Origin: Camelus dromedarius
Lineage: Eukaryota
NCBI RefSeq assembly: GCF_036321535.1
Contig: NC_087437.1
Location: forward strand, 42,038,001 to 42,102,000
Length of the DNA stretch: 64,000 bases
Reading direction: 5' to 3'
The notes beneath the pieces are model-generated. The model searched no databases. It saw only the letters and a program-made list of their open reading frames with translations, and was not told where the DNA came from. Positions 37,401 through 50,278 of this stretch are shown one piece after another. How positions within the stretch are numbered: the stretch's first letter is position 1; every line of letters begins with the position of its first letter. The position numbers and the translations under genes are program-made.

Positions 37401-40400
37401 AAAAATGTTAGAGTTTGGATGAAGAAGGACCGTGATGTTTTTCTGCCTTGTGTGGGTCATGTCAGCAGAACCCCCAGACTGGGAGTGCGCCCCTCGGAGT
37501 ACTGAAGGACACGGCATCCTACAGTCTGAGTCAGCGTTGAGTAACTTTCAGTGCCAAGGACTTGAGATATGAGGGAAGTCAGAGGGGCCTCCAGTCCCAA
37601 GAGAAGACCGTGACTTTTGCTACCCACAAACAACCTGATGGATTCTGGGCTGGAATAAAATTCAGCCTGCCCTCCTTGTCTTGTGTCTCCTCTCTGAGCT
37701 GAATTCCCTTGTGAGGCCGAGGAGGGGAGCCTAACAGGCCAGCCTGATTCTATGTTTGAACCTCCTCAACACACTGCTTTAAATTACTTAGCTAGATATC
37801 AGAAATGTTGAAAAAAGGGAGAGGTAGCTGGAGATGATGTAGGCTAGTGACAACTTCTCTGCATTTATTTTTCTAACACGTTACTTGCTGTTGGACAGTT
37901 AACCCAGGTGGATAAGCGAATTAGTAAAGGCACTAAATTTCAAAGTCTTCCACAGTTTTTCCTTACACCTCAAAAGTTGTATGCTTCTCCATTCTGCTGG
38001 TCAAATTCTGTTGGTCACATGTTGTATCTGTTGATGCATTGTGGAAGGCATCTCACAGAGGTGTGAATACCAGGAGAGGGTGACCTGTGTGGCGGGGAGG
38101 AGGGGGGTCGTCATGGAGCTGGCCACGTGGAGGGTGAAGTCAGAAACCATTCCTTTTAATACTCTATTCTGAAATAGTCTCAGCATTAGTGATGGAATTT
38201 TGACCACGTTCCACCTGTTAGGCCAGCAAGGATCTTGTCACTGCATCTCCTTCTGTGGAATCTCTAGGACTGTGTGTGTAACTGCTGTACCAAGAGGCAG
38301 GGTATTGAATCCGTGGTTTTATGGGATCAGCCTCTTGCAGCATGACAATTGTAGTCAGTATTGCAGATGTGCTAATTATAGATCATGCCTTCTGCAATTA
38401 CCAGCCTTGGCTTTTATTTTTAATTTCATTTGACCAACCAAGCACACCGCAGTTTAGCAGACTATATTACCCTGTTCCAATTTTTGGTGCTATAATGAAA
38501 CCTTGAAATTCTATTAAGAATTGAGTAGAGAATACAAGGGTGAAATGGGAAAGGTCCATGAGAAACAATAGTGATACTAGCTCAGTGCTTGGGATTTAGA
38601 ATTTACAAAGTAAAGAGTGTCAAGTTCCCTGTAATTGACTATAAAATCTCCTCTCTTTTCTTCTTGTGCTGAATTTACGTTTTGAAAAACCGTCTCCTTT
38701 TCCTCCCTCCCCACACCTCCCATTAGCTGCTACTTCCTTCCCAGCTGTATCAGAAGAATGAGGCTTCCCATGTAGGTGTTGAGCTCAGAAAAGGGCTGAG
38801 AGAGCAGGTGATAGCAGTGGGGATGATTTGCTCCAGGCGCAGAAGGGAATCGTGACGTTCAGGAAAATTGGAAAATGAGGAGGTGAGCGTGAAACAAGAA
38901 GGGTCTCAGAGGGATGGCACACTGAAACAAAGGATGTGGCAAACAGGAAAGCAGGTGGAATGAAAGGAACAAACACAATGGACAGGGAAGATGAGATGGA
39001 TTGTGGAATAAAGATAATTTGGAAAAAAACACGAGGCAGAAAATAAGAGCGGTTTCATGGTTCCATTTTCATAGATTCCATTCCTCCCACTCTGTCAGCC
39101 TTTTCCAGAGGGGTGGGGTGCAGAGGGAAAAGCATTTTTGCCCTGTTGTGGTCCATGAACACTTTTATTGGTCACATGCTGTATGTGGGCAATCTACGTT
39201 GGGCAGATTCACTTAGAACAAACCTAACTGTGAATAAATCTCTTACTTTTTTCCTCTTTGAACTTTCCCGAAGCTGTGTCTTCCTCCTGTGCTGGGTTAG
39301 AGCTTTCACTGCCAATGTACATTGATTTGATAAGCAAATTAAAAACAAAGCCTTATGCAGAACTTCAGAAGAATTAGCAATACAGTAGACTGAGGGGTTT
39401 TTGAATAGTCCTGTGTAGTTAAAGTGATAGAGAGTTTTGATATGCTTAAAAACTGGACATTTAGAAAAAATTTTCCTTGTTAAACTTTAACCTAGAAATT
39501 AAGAACAAGAAAAGGGTTTACCACTACCCTTGGGTTAGTGTGCCTTGCTTATAAGCAGCACGCTTTAATCACATGGCATTATTTTTTGGTCCTCTAACAA
39601 ACTGAGGTTACTTTAAAATGCTGTCAGTTCTTTCTGAAGTGAAAAAAGGAAGTTCACTCTTACTCTGCATTTATATGTAATAAAAAAGAATATTGATGGT
39701 ATTTCTAGTAAATGCCCAAATCTTGCTAGATTTATTAGAAGCACCCCAAGAAAGCAACGTGAGGAAGTCAGAGGGAAGAACTAGGTCTACAATTTTTAAA
39801 AGATTTTCATGAATGCATTTATTACTGCTGTTCTTAATTCACATGGTGAACTTACATTGACCTATTTTCCCCTATTATTTGAAAAGACACAAATTAAATG
39901 TGGAACAGTAAGATCCTTAAAATCAAGAGGGTTGGAGAAACTGACATATTTTAGGTTCACTGAGTTCCTCAAAACTATTTAAGTATCTTGCCAAGCACAT
40001 TTAAAAAAATAATATTTAGTCTTTCAGGAAGATTTATTTTTTGGTGGAATGTTGCTCTAAGGAACTCCGTAAGATCTCAGCATCTCTTGAAAACTCTGGT
40101 TAAAAAATGTGTTACTTAAGTAAAAATGGTTATTGGTGCCTTAATTCTTTAGCTATCAAGTTTTTTTACTTTTTGAAACACCCTGACACCATTAATATTT
40201 ATTTTTCACACTACTGGTCCATGAGAGGGTGGTTCAAATTTGATTGTAGCTTTCAATTTGAAATTGTATTTTGATTTCATTGAAGATTGCCATGTCCGTG
40301 AAGTATTATTCTCCATAGATTTCAGTCTCTGGATTTAGTGGACTCAAACGCCATCTAGCATGAGGGCAAAACTGTCTCTATTAAGGTTGGTAAGTCTCTA

Positions 40401-42544
40401 CTTAACTGCATTATTATTTTACAGAAGAAAGGTTATCTTTTAGGTAGTAAACATACATGCATTACAGAATCAGTGAGATTTTTCTCCTGACTTGCCTGAT
40501 TCTGCAGTTGATAAATACCTGTTTTCTGCAACTTTGCTTTTAAATAATTTCAGGGCTAGTTGGTTACCATTGTGTGATCATTGCCCCTTTTAGTTGAAAT
40601 CGGAGATACTCACAGTAATCTTGTATCCATTAGCCTTTCTACGTAAACCTTCAGAACTTTGGTTTTCTGAGCTTGATAATCAGTGGCTGTTTTATACCCC
40701 CAAATTAGGATTCTCATTCAGTCTTCTCTTTTTCTTCTATTTTATACTTTTATTTCTTGCATTTTTAAACTCTGAATTATTTCTCCCCACCCCACTCTGT
40801 ATACCTAGTTTCCATGACCTTTCACAGTTTTCATCACTAATACTATGAATGGAATTTTAAAATTCAGAATTATTTATTGATTCACTCATTTGTTTATTCA
40901 TTTACTGCTGGGGTATTTTTGTTTTGCTTTTTGGATTAGGAAAGGCAGTCGGAAATGATAGATGAGAAGAATGTTTTTAGTACTGGATTTTTATCACAGC
41001 TCTCAATCCATTTACTTTTGAAGAAGAAAGGTTCAAGACTTGCTCTAACTTTAAACCTCTGTTACAAGCTCATTGAGCACATCTGAGGAGCAAGGCAGCA
41101 CTTTATCCATGGCCATTCTTTAAAGGAGCCTGACCCACTTGGTGGGTTATCTGTGTCCCCTTATTTCCATGTCACTCCTTCTCACCCCTCTTGTCTATGT
41201 TTATCTTCAGTGATCTCCTCACTAGTGGGTGATCAATTGTGGATAAGAGGATAAGGGAGAATGTGTCCAGATTGCTGCTGTTTATAGTTCTGGTAAAGCT
41301 TTGGCATGTGAGGAAAACCCAAACATAAAATGATGCACAGAGATTACCTATAGGGTTGGTTCATTATATTGGGAAGGTCCACAGGAAACTGCTGTTTTCT
41401 TAAGGTCAAAAGCAGTTAAGTAGTAGAAATTTTACATGATTCCATCTAATATTCCAGACCCCTAATATGATTAATAATTGATAAATATCTGTACAATGTA
41501 TTTCTCTGTTATGTTTTCAGTTGTTGCTATGCTGGAGTTAATCGCCCCCTCCCCCCCTTAAATGTTAAGAAAGAAAAAGAGAAAACAGTGAACACCACCA
41601 AGGAATGTAGACGATTCATCCACTGATAGGTTATTTTTGCAGGCAGCATATCAAAGGTGGTATTTGGGGAGAAGTGGATCAGTTACCTATTTAAGGCAGG
41701 ATATATTGGATTTTATAAAGATATCAAGGAATAAAATGGAATAAGGTTACAGTGTCCAAAAATGTTCGCTTGGAATGGTGGCCAGAGTCCTATTGATTAA
41801 TGCTGGTGAACGAGACACCAAAATGGAAAATAAACTGTCCCTAGACAAGTGGTAATCATAGGTGATAATTATGTTGATTATACTTTATTTAGGTGGTGTT
41901 TTTGTTCCTGGAAAATTGCCCTTTTTTGAGAGAAATTTGAGAATTGGATCTTCTGTGGAAACCTGTGTGTGTAGCTTTCAGTTTTATTCAGTTTCATAAG
42001 TCTGCAGGGAATGTCTTCAGGCCTAGATTTATGGAGACTGTGCAATGTCTGCTACCAAAAGAACATTCTCCCACCAGGCTTATTGGAAAGCATATTGTCT
42101 GTCTTTTTGCTACACTGTTGTGAGCAGATGTTCCCTCAGCATTTTTTAAATCATTTTAATACACAAGTTGGGAAAAGTGGCAAATCAAAAGAGAAAGATT
42201 GGCTTTAATTTCTGTGACCAGGAAATTGCACCTGAAATTTACCAGGGGTAAATGCCAGGATGTTCAATCTTTTTTATTGCTCTGCTAAATTTGGGATAAT
42301 ATGGAATGGTGACCTAATTTGTTGTTGTCAGACTCCCCCCCCCCCCAACTTATCAAATTTCAGTTCTATATTAGTAAAAGAACAGTTAAGAACAGAAGTT
42401 TGTGATAAACTCTAGCTCAGTCCTGGCAAACAGTATGAACTCAATTCATTTAAATTCAGTTTGCTTTTCTTTGCTCTTTCTATTCGTATTGAAATTTCTA
42501 CTGTCCATGAAGTTGGTTCAGTGGATCACAACTCTGATAGGCTG

Positions 42545-43085
42545 CATATTCATTTTCTGTGACTAACAAATTACCACAAAGTTAGTGAATTAAAGCAGCA
42601 GAGTTTTATCCTTTCACAGCTTTGGAGGGAATCTGAAGAATACAATTTAGGAGGTGAGAAGTCTGAAATCAGTGTCACTGGGTTGAAATCAAGTTGTCAG
42701 CAGAATGATGTGCCCTCCAGAGGCTCTAGGGAAGAGTCGGTTTCTTACCTCTTCCAGCCAGTGGGTGCTGGCATTCCTTTGCTTGTGGCTGCATTCCTTT
42801 GCTTGTGGCTGCATCCCTCTCATCTTCAAGACTAGCATCTTCAAATCTCTGTCTGCTCCCTCTTCACATTGATTTGTCCTCTGTGCATGTCAAATCTTCC
42901 TCTGCTTACTTCTAAGAATACACGTTATTTCATTTAAGGCACACTCAGATAATCCAGGATAATTTTCCCATCTCGGAAACCTTACCTTAACACATCTCCA
43001 AAGACCTTGCCATGAAAGATAACGTTCACAGCTTCCGGAGATTGGGATATGGATATCCTCTGGGGGCTATTTTCAGCCTACCAGA
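42545..43085 (-). mobile_element. MLT1 (C/D-like) solo LTR
   Basis: taacaaattaccacaaagttagtgaattaaagcagcag...gaagtctgaaatcagtgtcactgggttgaaatcaagttgtcagcag...ccagaggctctagggaagagtc...gggggctattttcagcctacca. Confidence 0.85.
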
Positions 43086-45373
43086 GACTGCTTCCAGGAT
43101 CCCCATTCTAGAAACCTGGCCAGAGCCAGCTCAGTGTCCTGCATGGTGTTTAGGTCTGATTGAGGTATTCGCTCACCTTCCTCAGCATCTACCACAACGT
43201 TTTCAGTGAGTTACAGTTAATATACGTGTACCAAGGCAGCTCTCAGTATCCGTCTCTGGTGGCATAAGCCAGGAGTCACTTAGCGGAGCTGCGCCTTCTT
43301 GCATGGTAGCAGTTCACATCAGGGAAGTCTCTGCACAGTAAATTAAGCTAGTTGAGGCAAGTCACAAAGTTGAATGCTGCAGCCGTCAGTCTGGAAATGG
43401 AAGTGAGTTGTCATGTGGATGAGTGTGTATACACACGTGTGAATGGTAGATACGTATATTCAGAACATTTAATGGAGGTTAAACATCAGCATCTGTATAA
43501 TCCCTTTTAAGAGGTGAATGGTTAGAGTTAATGGCATTTTCCAGGAAGAAGTAAAAGGAACCTGTCTAATTTATTGTCTAAAAAAAGAAAAAAAAGAAAG
43601 ATGAGATAAGACTCACAGAGCTGTCAGAATAATTAATTCTTAATGAATCTAATGATTCTATTAACGATGAACAATTAATCATTATAAAATTCCCCCAAAG
43701 AAAATTCCACAAAAGCTGATGCTTGTTAGGTGCTGACTGGATCGCTAATGCTATAGAGTGATTACATGAGTCCTTTCTTTGAGGGCTGTTATGTATGTGG
43801 GGGCCTAATAATTAACTTAACTTTGAAGAAGAGTTATGTGGACCCCAGGGTGTCATATGAGTGATAAATCCTAAACCCCTGCTATCTGCCTTGCTATATT
43901 TTTAATAATTATTACCTGTGTAATGGAACTTGTACCTTACAATAATTTCCTTCTTTACCCTTGCATGGATGTTTTGCCTAAAATAGACGTAGAAGAATTT
44001 AAGTACATAAAGGATAGTATTTGAAATTAGTTAAGATTTCTTTCCTCTTCTAGAATTTGTGATTCTGTGAAATTTGGTAGGAAATATATCAAAGTTAAGT
44101 ATATATAACTGTATAGTTTAAAACATCAGCAAAGCATTGACTGGATGAGCAGATTAGTCAGAACTCTGTTATCTGCTTGTTGGTTTCAAAAATTTCCTTG
44201 GCTGTAATTAAAAGAATTATAAGGAGCCCTAAAACATTACTCTCATTGATGAGAGTAGTGAAGTTGAGGTATACAGCCCAGATTGTGTAAATGAAGGTGA
44301 AAGGAAAAGTAGCGGGGGGAATGTTTTAGCCAAACACGAGAACTCAGATGAATATCCAGGATCAGCCAAGATGAAACATGACAGGAGACAGCAGGTACAG
44401 ATGCCGTGACGTGGAGGATAAAGTACCAGTTGCGTGGATCACAGTCTCCCCTGTGTTTGGTTGTGGTATTGCTAGGACCTTAATAAGGGAGGAAAGGAGC
44501 CGAGGGGGTCACATCATGTTACCTTTGTCGAATAGCTTCCTCAGTCTTATTTTAAATGAATTTAAAACATTAAATCTGTCTAATTTAAGCCATTTAACTG
44601 TATCTATAGTCATGAGCCTTTAGTTTTAGCTACTTATGTGTTTTTTTCCACAAGAGTATCAGTCATTTACAGCACATACTCTGCCCTTGCCAGTTCCTTT
44701 TGGAACCAATTTAAATGAGGAAAATAAAGGACTTTGGGAAGAACTATTTAAGTATGTCTGGTAAATTGTTTTACTATTTGAGAATAGCTCTGGAGACTGA
44801 AATAAGTTTTCCATTTAGTAGAATTTGGCTTTTTTTGTGAGCCACAACGTTCATGGAAATATGTTGAAATCTTAAATACAGAGAATGTGACTTAACTGCT
44901 TTTGGTATTACTTGCTGTCTAGAAATGGTGTTACTGTCTACATTACAATATATCTCCAATTAGCAGTGTCCAAACCAAGGGTAACTTCAGACTTCAAGAA
45001 AGGGGACATATCATGATTCACAACTTCATGTTCTGGATTCTTCAGGTTGTATAGCAAGTGTGGTACAAACATGCTTTTCCATTAGACATTTCATCAAATA
45101 CATGTTCTTGGTCACTTGAGTTGTAGCTCTTCTCAGATATTAATACCATATACTAAAACCTAGGTCCTGAAAATCACGTTAATTATTGTGAATCAAGTGA
45201 TAAATTTCTGTATATCTAAAACATTTCATTAAATGTGACTCTCTTCCTAAATTTCCTGCATTGTTGTAGTGCGCCCCCCCCCCCTTTTTAAGACAATTTT
45301 TTTAGAGCAGTTCTAGGTTCATGGCAAAATAGAGATGGTACAAAGATTTCCCTTATTAGTGCCTATTTTTTAA

Positions 45374-45375
<2 letters not shown>

Positions 45376-45435
<60 letters not shown>
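45376..45435. repeat. (TG)30 perfect microsatellite, next to a short antisense L1 3' stub (~45290-45352)
   Basis: 60 bp of uninterrupted TG read directly. Confidence 0.95.
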
Positions 45436-45437
<2 letters not shown>

Positions 45438-47429
45438 TTCATAGAGATTTGATGCCCTCAGCTTGTCTCTCTCCTTTAACTTTTGTTCCCTTACAACTCA
45501 TTCTCCACACAGCAGCCAGGGCGTGTTGTTAAAACCTCCTATGTTTTCCTTTTGAACTTAGCATGAAGAGCAGACACTTAACCCTGGTAACAAAGTCTAG
45601 GTCCTCCTCATCCTTCCTGGAGTGACCCAAATGCTCTAGTCAGAGAGGACTTCTCAGACTCCTCCGTCATACCAGCCTTTCCCACATACTCTTCTACCCC
45701 GAGCTGTCCTCTCCATATTTGTTCATGGATGTGTATGTTGTCTATATTCTCCCACCAGAATTCACTCCTGAGTGTATTGGAAAAAGATTGGACTTGTTAG
45801 AAGTTCAAGTGCAGATCTCGTTCAAAATGACTTCCAAACATCTTTTGTAAATAATATGAATTACTAAATTTGTTTCTTATTTTAAAATTTTTATTTTATA
45901 AGGCTTGGGTTAAAATACAGAATTCCATTGCAGTTGGAAAGAGTTACCAGATAGTTATCATGCATGTTTGTATGCCAGAATTGCACGGCACAGAGCACAA
46001 AATGCTTTTTTGAGGAGCTGAATTGCCCCATAAGAGTTTTATGCTGAGCCTGTTTCATCCTCACAGATGAATGTATTTCCCTATAAATCAGGTCATATTT
46101 TCTTGCCACCAAATAAGTGTAATAAATTTTCATCACTGCTCCCCCCATTTTTGTTCAATAAGAATTAGCCTTTCTTGGTGATTGCAGAATTACTTTTGGC
46201 AATCCAGTATTATTTCTGTTACCATTAGCTTTTATTTTTATCCTTAGGTAGAATCTGGACTTTGTGTTTTTCCCCACCAGTTTACACTGAGTTTCATGTA
46301 ATTCATTGGAATTAAAACTTGACTCAAGATACTCTTGACTGCTTGGTAGTAAAGACATTTTGGAATATTAAAACAAGTTTTAATATGGAAGTTGATTCGT
46401 CTTTTGTTTTAAACTATTGATTTCTCCCATGGTTTGGGGATATTTTTCAGACAACAGCTCTTAGTAGTCTGATTCCCTTCGTACTTCTATATTAAAGCAC
46501 CTGAAAAATGGTATAACAACTTTTCTGTTACTCATCACCTTTGGCACTCGGAATGGTTTTGTATGCACTCACTCTGTTGAAAGATAAGATGAAAACATTT
46601 TTTTCTGACTGTTGGGAAAAGTCAGGAAACCTGACTTTTTGACCACTTTGTACTAGTAGTAGGGACTGTTTGCCTGTTTGCTCCCACTTGGCCCTTCCAG
46701 CCAGGAGTAACTCAACTGGTCACAGTGCTCTTAGGAGGGAGTTCTTAAGTTAACTTCAAGTCTGTGCCAGAAATGAAAATGAGGATCCATTACCTTCTGA
46801 ATGTTTACAGAATGAGAAACAGGACAAAGATTTTTTCTTTGAGAATTATTAATGGAGATTCCACATATGAAAGCATTCTGTACCAGATAATACACTGACA
46901 TTTTGGAACAAGGGTAGCCTGTACCATCTTGGTTCAGAGAGCCCCCTAATGACAGCATTCTAGGAAAGGAAGCCTCTGTGACTTGTAGCCTAGAAGGTAA
47001 GCTTGTTCCGACAAAACCCATTTCAGTAGAAAGCAAATCCTGGCCCTTATGGTATTGGCACTGGGGAGCAGATCACCATTGGGCTTAAGCAGAGACCTCT
47101 AATTCCAGCTTTTCTCAGAAAATTTCAGCCATCTGAACTGAAGATACAGGAGATGTTATAAACCTGTGTTTGTCTGGAAACCAGGTGGTTGCTAAGCTTG
47201 ACTCAGAAAGGAATCACTTCTCTTGTCTTCATAACTGTATGAGGGTGGGGGGTGGAAAGATACTTCAGAGTGTAAAAGTAATAAAACCTATTACTGTAGT
47301 CCTCCTTGCAACTTTAATAACATTTGTGTATTTCCCTTAATAACACACCTTTACTATTCCTGAATTTATGCATGGTGCCCCCTTGTATGGGACTTAGCTA
47401 GAAACTGCCTTAAGTACCTTAAGGAGAAA

Positions 47430-47690
47430 ACAAATAAATGGTTACCAGTGAGGAGATGGAAGGCGGAAGGGGCAAGTTAGGGGTATGGGATTAAGAGATA
47501 TCAACTACTATGTATAAAATAGATAAGCAGCAAGTGTATAATGTATGGCACAGGGAGTTATAGCCATTATCTTGTTGTTATGTCCACGTCTAGTGGATAT
47601 AATCTGTAAAAATACTGAATCACTGTTGCACACCTGAAATTAATATAATAATTGTAAATCAGCTATATTTCAATAAAAACAAAAAAGGTA
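47430..47690 (+). mobile_element. L1 3' UTR fragment, sense orientation (same family as 9698-10085, inverted)
   Basis: atggttaccagtgagg...gggattaagagatatcaactactatgtataaaatagataagcagcaag...gcacagggagttatagcc...actgaatcactgttgcacacctgaaattaata...tgtaaatcagctatatttcaataaaaacaaaaaa. Confidence 0.85.
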
Positions 47691-49882
47691 TTTTCAGGAA
47701 AAAGTAGATGAGCTTTGTGACCCTGTCTGTGGTCAGTGACCAGAAGGCAGAGGTTATGGATTGCCATCGGGAAAAGGACTGACATCTACACAAGACATAA
47801 CCTCATTCTAGACACAGCTAGACATGATCTTTATTTTAGATGTTGCCTTTTACAAGTTTTGGGGAATTTTTAATTTGACATTTCAGGCAAATATTCTCGT
47901 TTTGAGCCTTTGGACTTGGCTGGAGAGTACAGAACCCTAAAAACTCAATGTGATGATCTTGGAACCTCCTTAATTTCTCTCCTCCCATCTCAGTCTGTCT
48001 TCCCACTTCCTTCCACTTCTCTGAAAATTAACACCTACCAGCGAAATCAACTTTACGCTGCTTTCACTGGAGACTGGTGTCTAAAAATCAATCCTGGCAA
48101 TTAACGTAAAGTGAAATTTGGAAGACGCCTGGATTCTCATGGAGTCGTGCAAGCTGAAGTTATTAAAGAGGATTAGAGACCACAGCTGGTGAGCAGATGG
48201 AATGCTTATAATTTCACAATCTTAGGTAGCTTTAAACCCAAATCTGCAAAAAACCCATTTGCTTTTTTTCTCTAGTTCATGTCACTTTATCCTGCTGAAA
48301 TATAACCGTGGTCAGTGTGATACTTTTAATTGTTGTAAATGATGCGCCTTGATAGGTCACTCACTTAGATGCATCATTTATAATTTTGGTCATGCAATTT
48401 TTTTACTCAATTGCATTTCAGTAACCACTATTTAAGAATGTACTGTGAGAAGCCTGGTAGCTAGGGGAAAGAGAATAAGACTTGTCCATTTCATTCAAAA
48501 TGTAGAAATGAAGACTAGTTCACGTTAACACTAACAATGTAGTCGAATTATATAATGATGAAGACTAGTTCACAGTAATTACAACTGAACAGTTCAACGA
48601 TTTGCTGCTTAAAGAAACTCATGAATGAATTTCCACAGCTCTTTATCTGTGTGTGCATTTCGTTAGAAATGCCTTTGTTATGCAGTCAGTCTCCTAGACC
48701 AGCCACCTTCAACTGCTGTACCACCTAGTCACCCCTGCTCCCCTTCCCCCATGTCCTCTCTTTGTTCTGGTTCTTTCTTATAGGAGCGCCTTTTACATGC
48801 ACAGAGCAACTGTTAGCTCCTTCAAAAACACACTTTCCTGTACTTTCTGGTAGATTGGTGTTTCCTCCACAAAGGTGAGTGCTTGTGAGACTTCTGCTCA
48901 GCGACTGTTGAGCAGGTCAAATTAGGACCTTCCTTCGACTAACAGAAAGGTATTAATCTACACTTTAATGGCTGTTACTCTACCTAAGAGCAGAATTAGT
49001 ACTCACTGTACAGTTTAGACCTTCTTTATCCTTGTTGGAAGACTTCAGAAAAATGGCCGCTCTCCCCGAGCTATTGCCAAGTGTCTGAAAATACAGAAAA
49101 ACAGCTGGAGCCATAAATAAGTTGAGTCGTCTGGATACACTCTGTCCTAACTGGTTGGGAAGAAAACACAGATATTTCAGGTGGTGCTGCGCAGCACACA
49201 GCTGTAGTTTATGGTCCAACGTAGTCTCTGTCCTCTTGGAGCCAGTGTGTGCTTCTTCTCTAAAGCCACAGTCAGCTGCAAAAATATTGTAACGTGTGTT
49301 TTGGAAGCAATTACTGCATAATAGTATTCTAGCCTCAAAACATCCTGCACGATATATTTCTATATGTGAGGGGAAGGGGAGAGGATATTGTGTGACTGAT
49401 GCACTGGCATGGAATAGCCTGTAGAATTATCACAGGAAGTGGTCTTTTTTTGGATCAGCTTTTCAAATGATTTTCAATAGCTTCTTTTTAGACTTCTAAA
49501 TTGGCCTTCTGTAATTGGATATGACCTCTTATAGAAGCAGTGGAATAAACACATTTTAACTTCCACTGTAATTATTTTGTACTGAACCAAGCAGTTTGGC
49601 AACCCCTTCATACTGATAATTTGTTATCTGTCATAAGTAAAATTGTCCTCGCTACCCGTTTCCTCATTCTCTTAGAGGGGATGGCAGGATGAAAGGAAGT
49701 TTGGCGTCCCCCAAGAAGAAATAGTGTTAAACTGAGAATTAGAAGACCTAGGGTTTATACTGGGTTCTTTTAGATTTGCCTTGTGTGATCTTGACCAAAT
49801 TCTGAAATTCCTAGTTTGTAGGCTCCATAGTTGGTAAATGGGTATAATAATATCAAGTACATATTTGCATACGTATGGTCTA

Positions 49883-50278
49883 TGTATTAAATGACTAGGG
49901 CTATAATAACAAATTACCACAAACTGGGTGGCTTAAATAACAGATACTTATTTTCTCATAGTTCCAGAGGCCGTAAGTCTGTGCGAGATTGATTCCTTCT
50001 GGGGACCATGAGGAAAGAATCTGTTTCAGGCTTCTCTCCTTGGCTTGTCAATGGCCTGTTTTTCCCATTGTCTTCACATCATCTTCCCTCTCTCTGTGTC
50101 TGTTATTTAAATTTTCTCCTCTTATAAGAACATTAATAGGGCCCAACATTATGACCTTATTTTAATTTTAATTACCTCTGTAAAGACTCCATTGCCAGAT
50201 ACAGTCACGTTCTGAGGTGCTTGGGGTTAGGACTTCAATACATGGATTTTGGGGGGAGCACAATTCAGCTAATAACAG
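49883..50278 (-). mobile_element. MLT1 (A/B-like) solo LTR
   Basis: tgtatta...agggctataataacaaattaccacaaactgggtggcttaaataacaga...cagtcacgttctgaggtgcttggggttaggacttcaatacatggattttggggggagcacaattcagctaataaca (TG...CA ends). Confidence 0.88.

Noticed and set aside
48508..48573. CRISPR-like repeat-spacer-repeat geometry
   Set aside because: Only two 16-bp copies, no cas genes, and a mammalian intron context.
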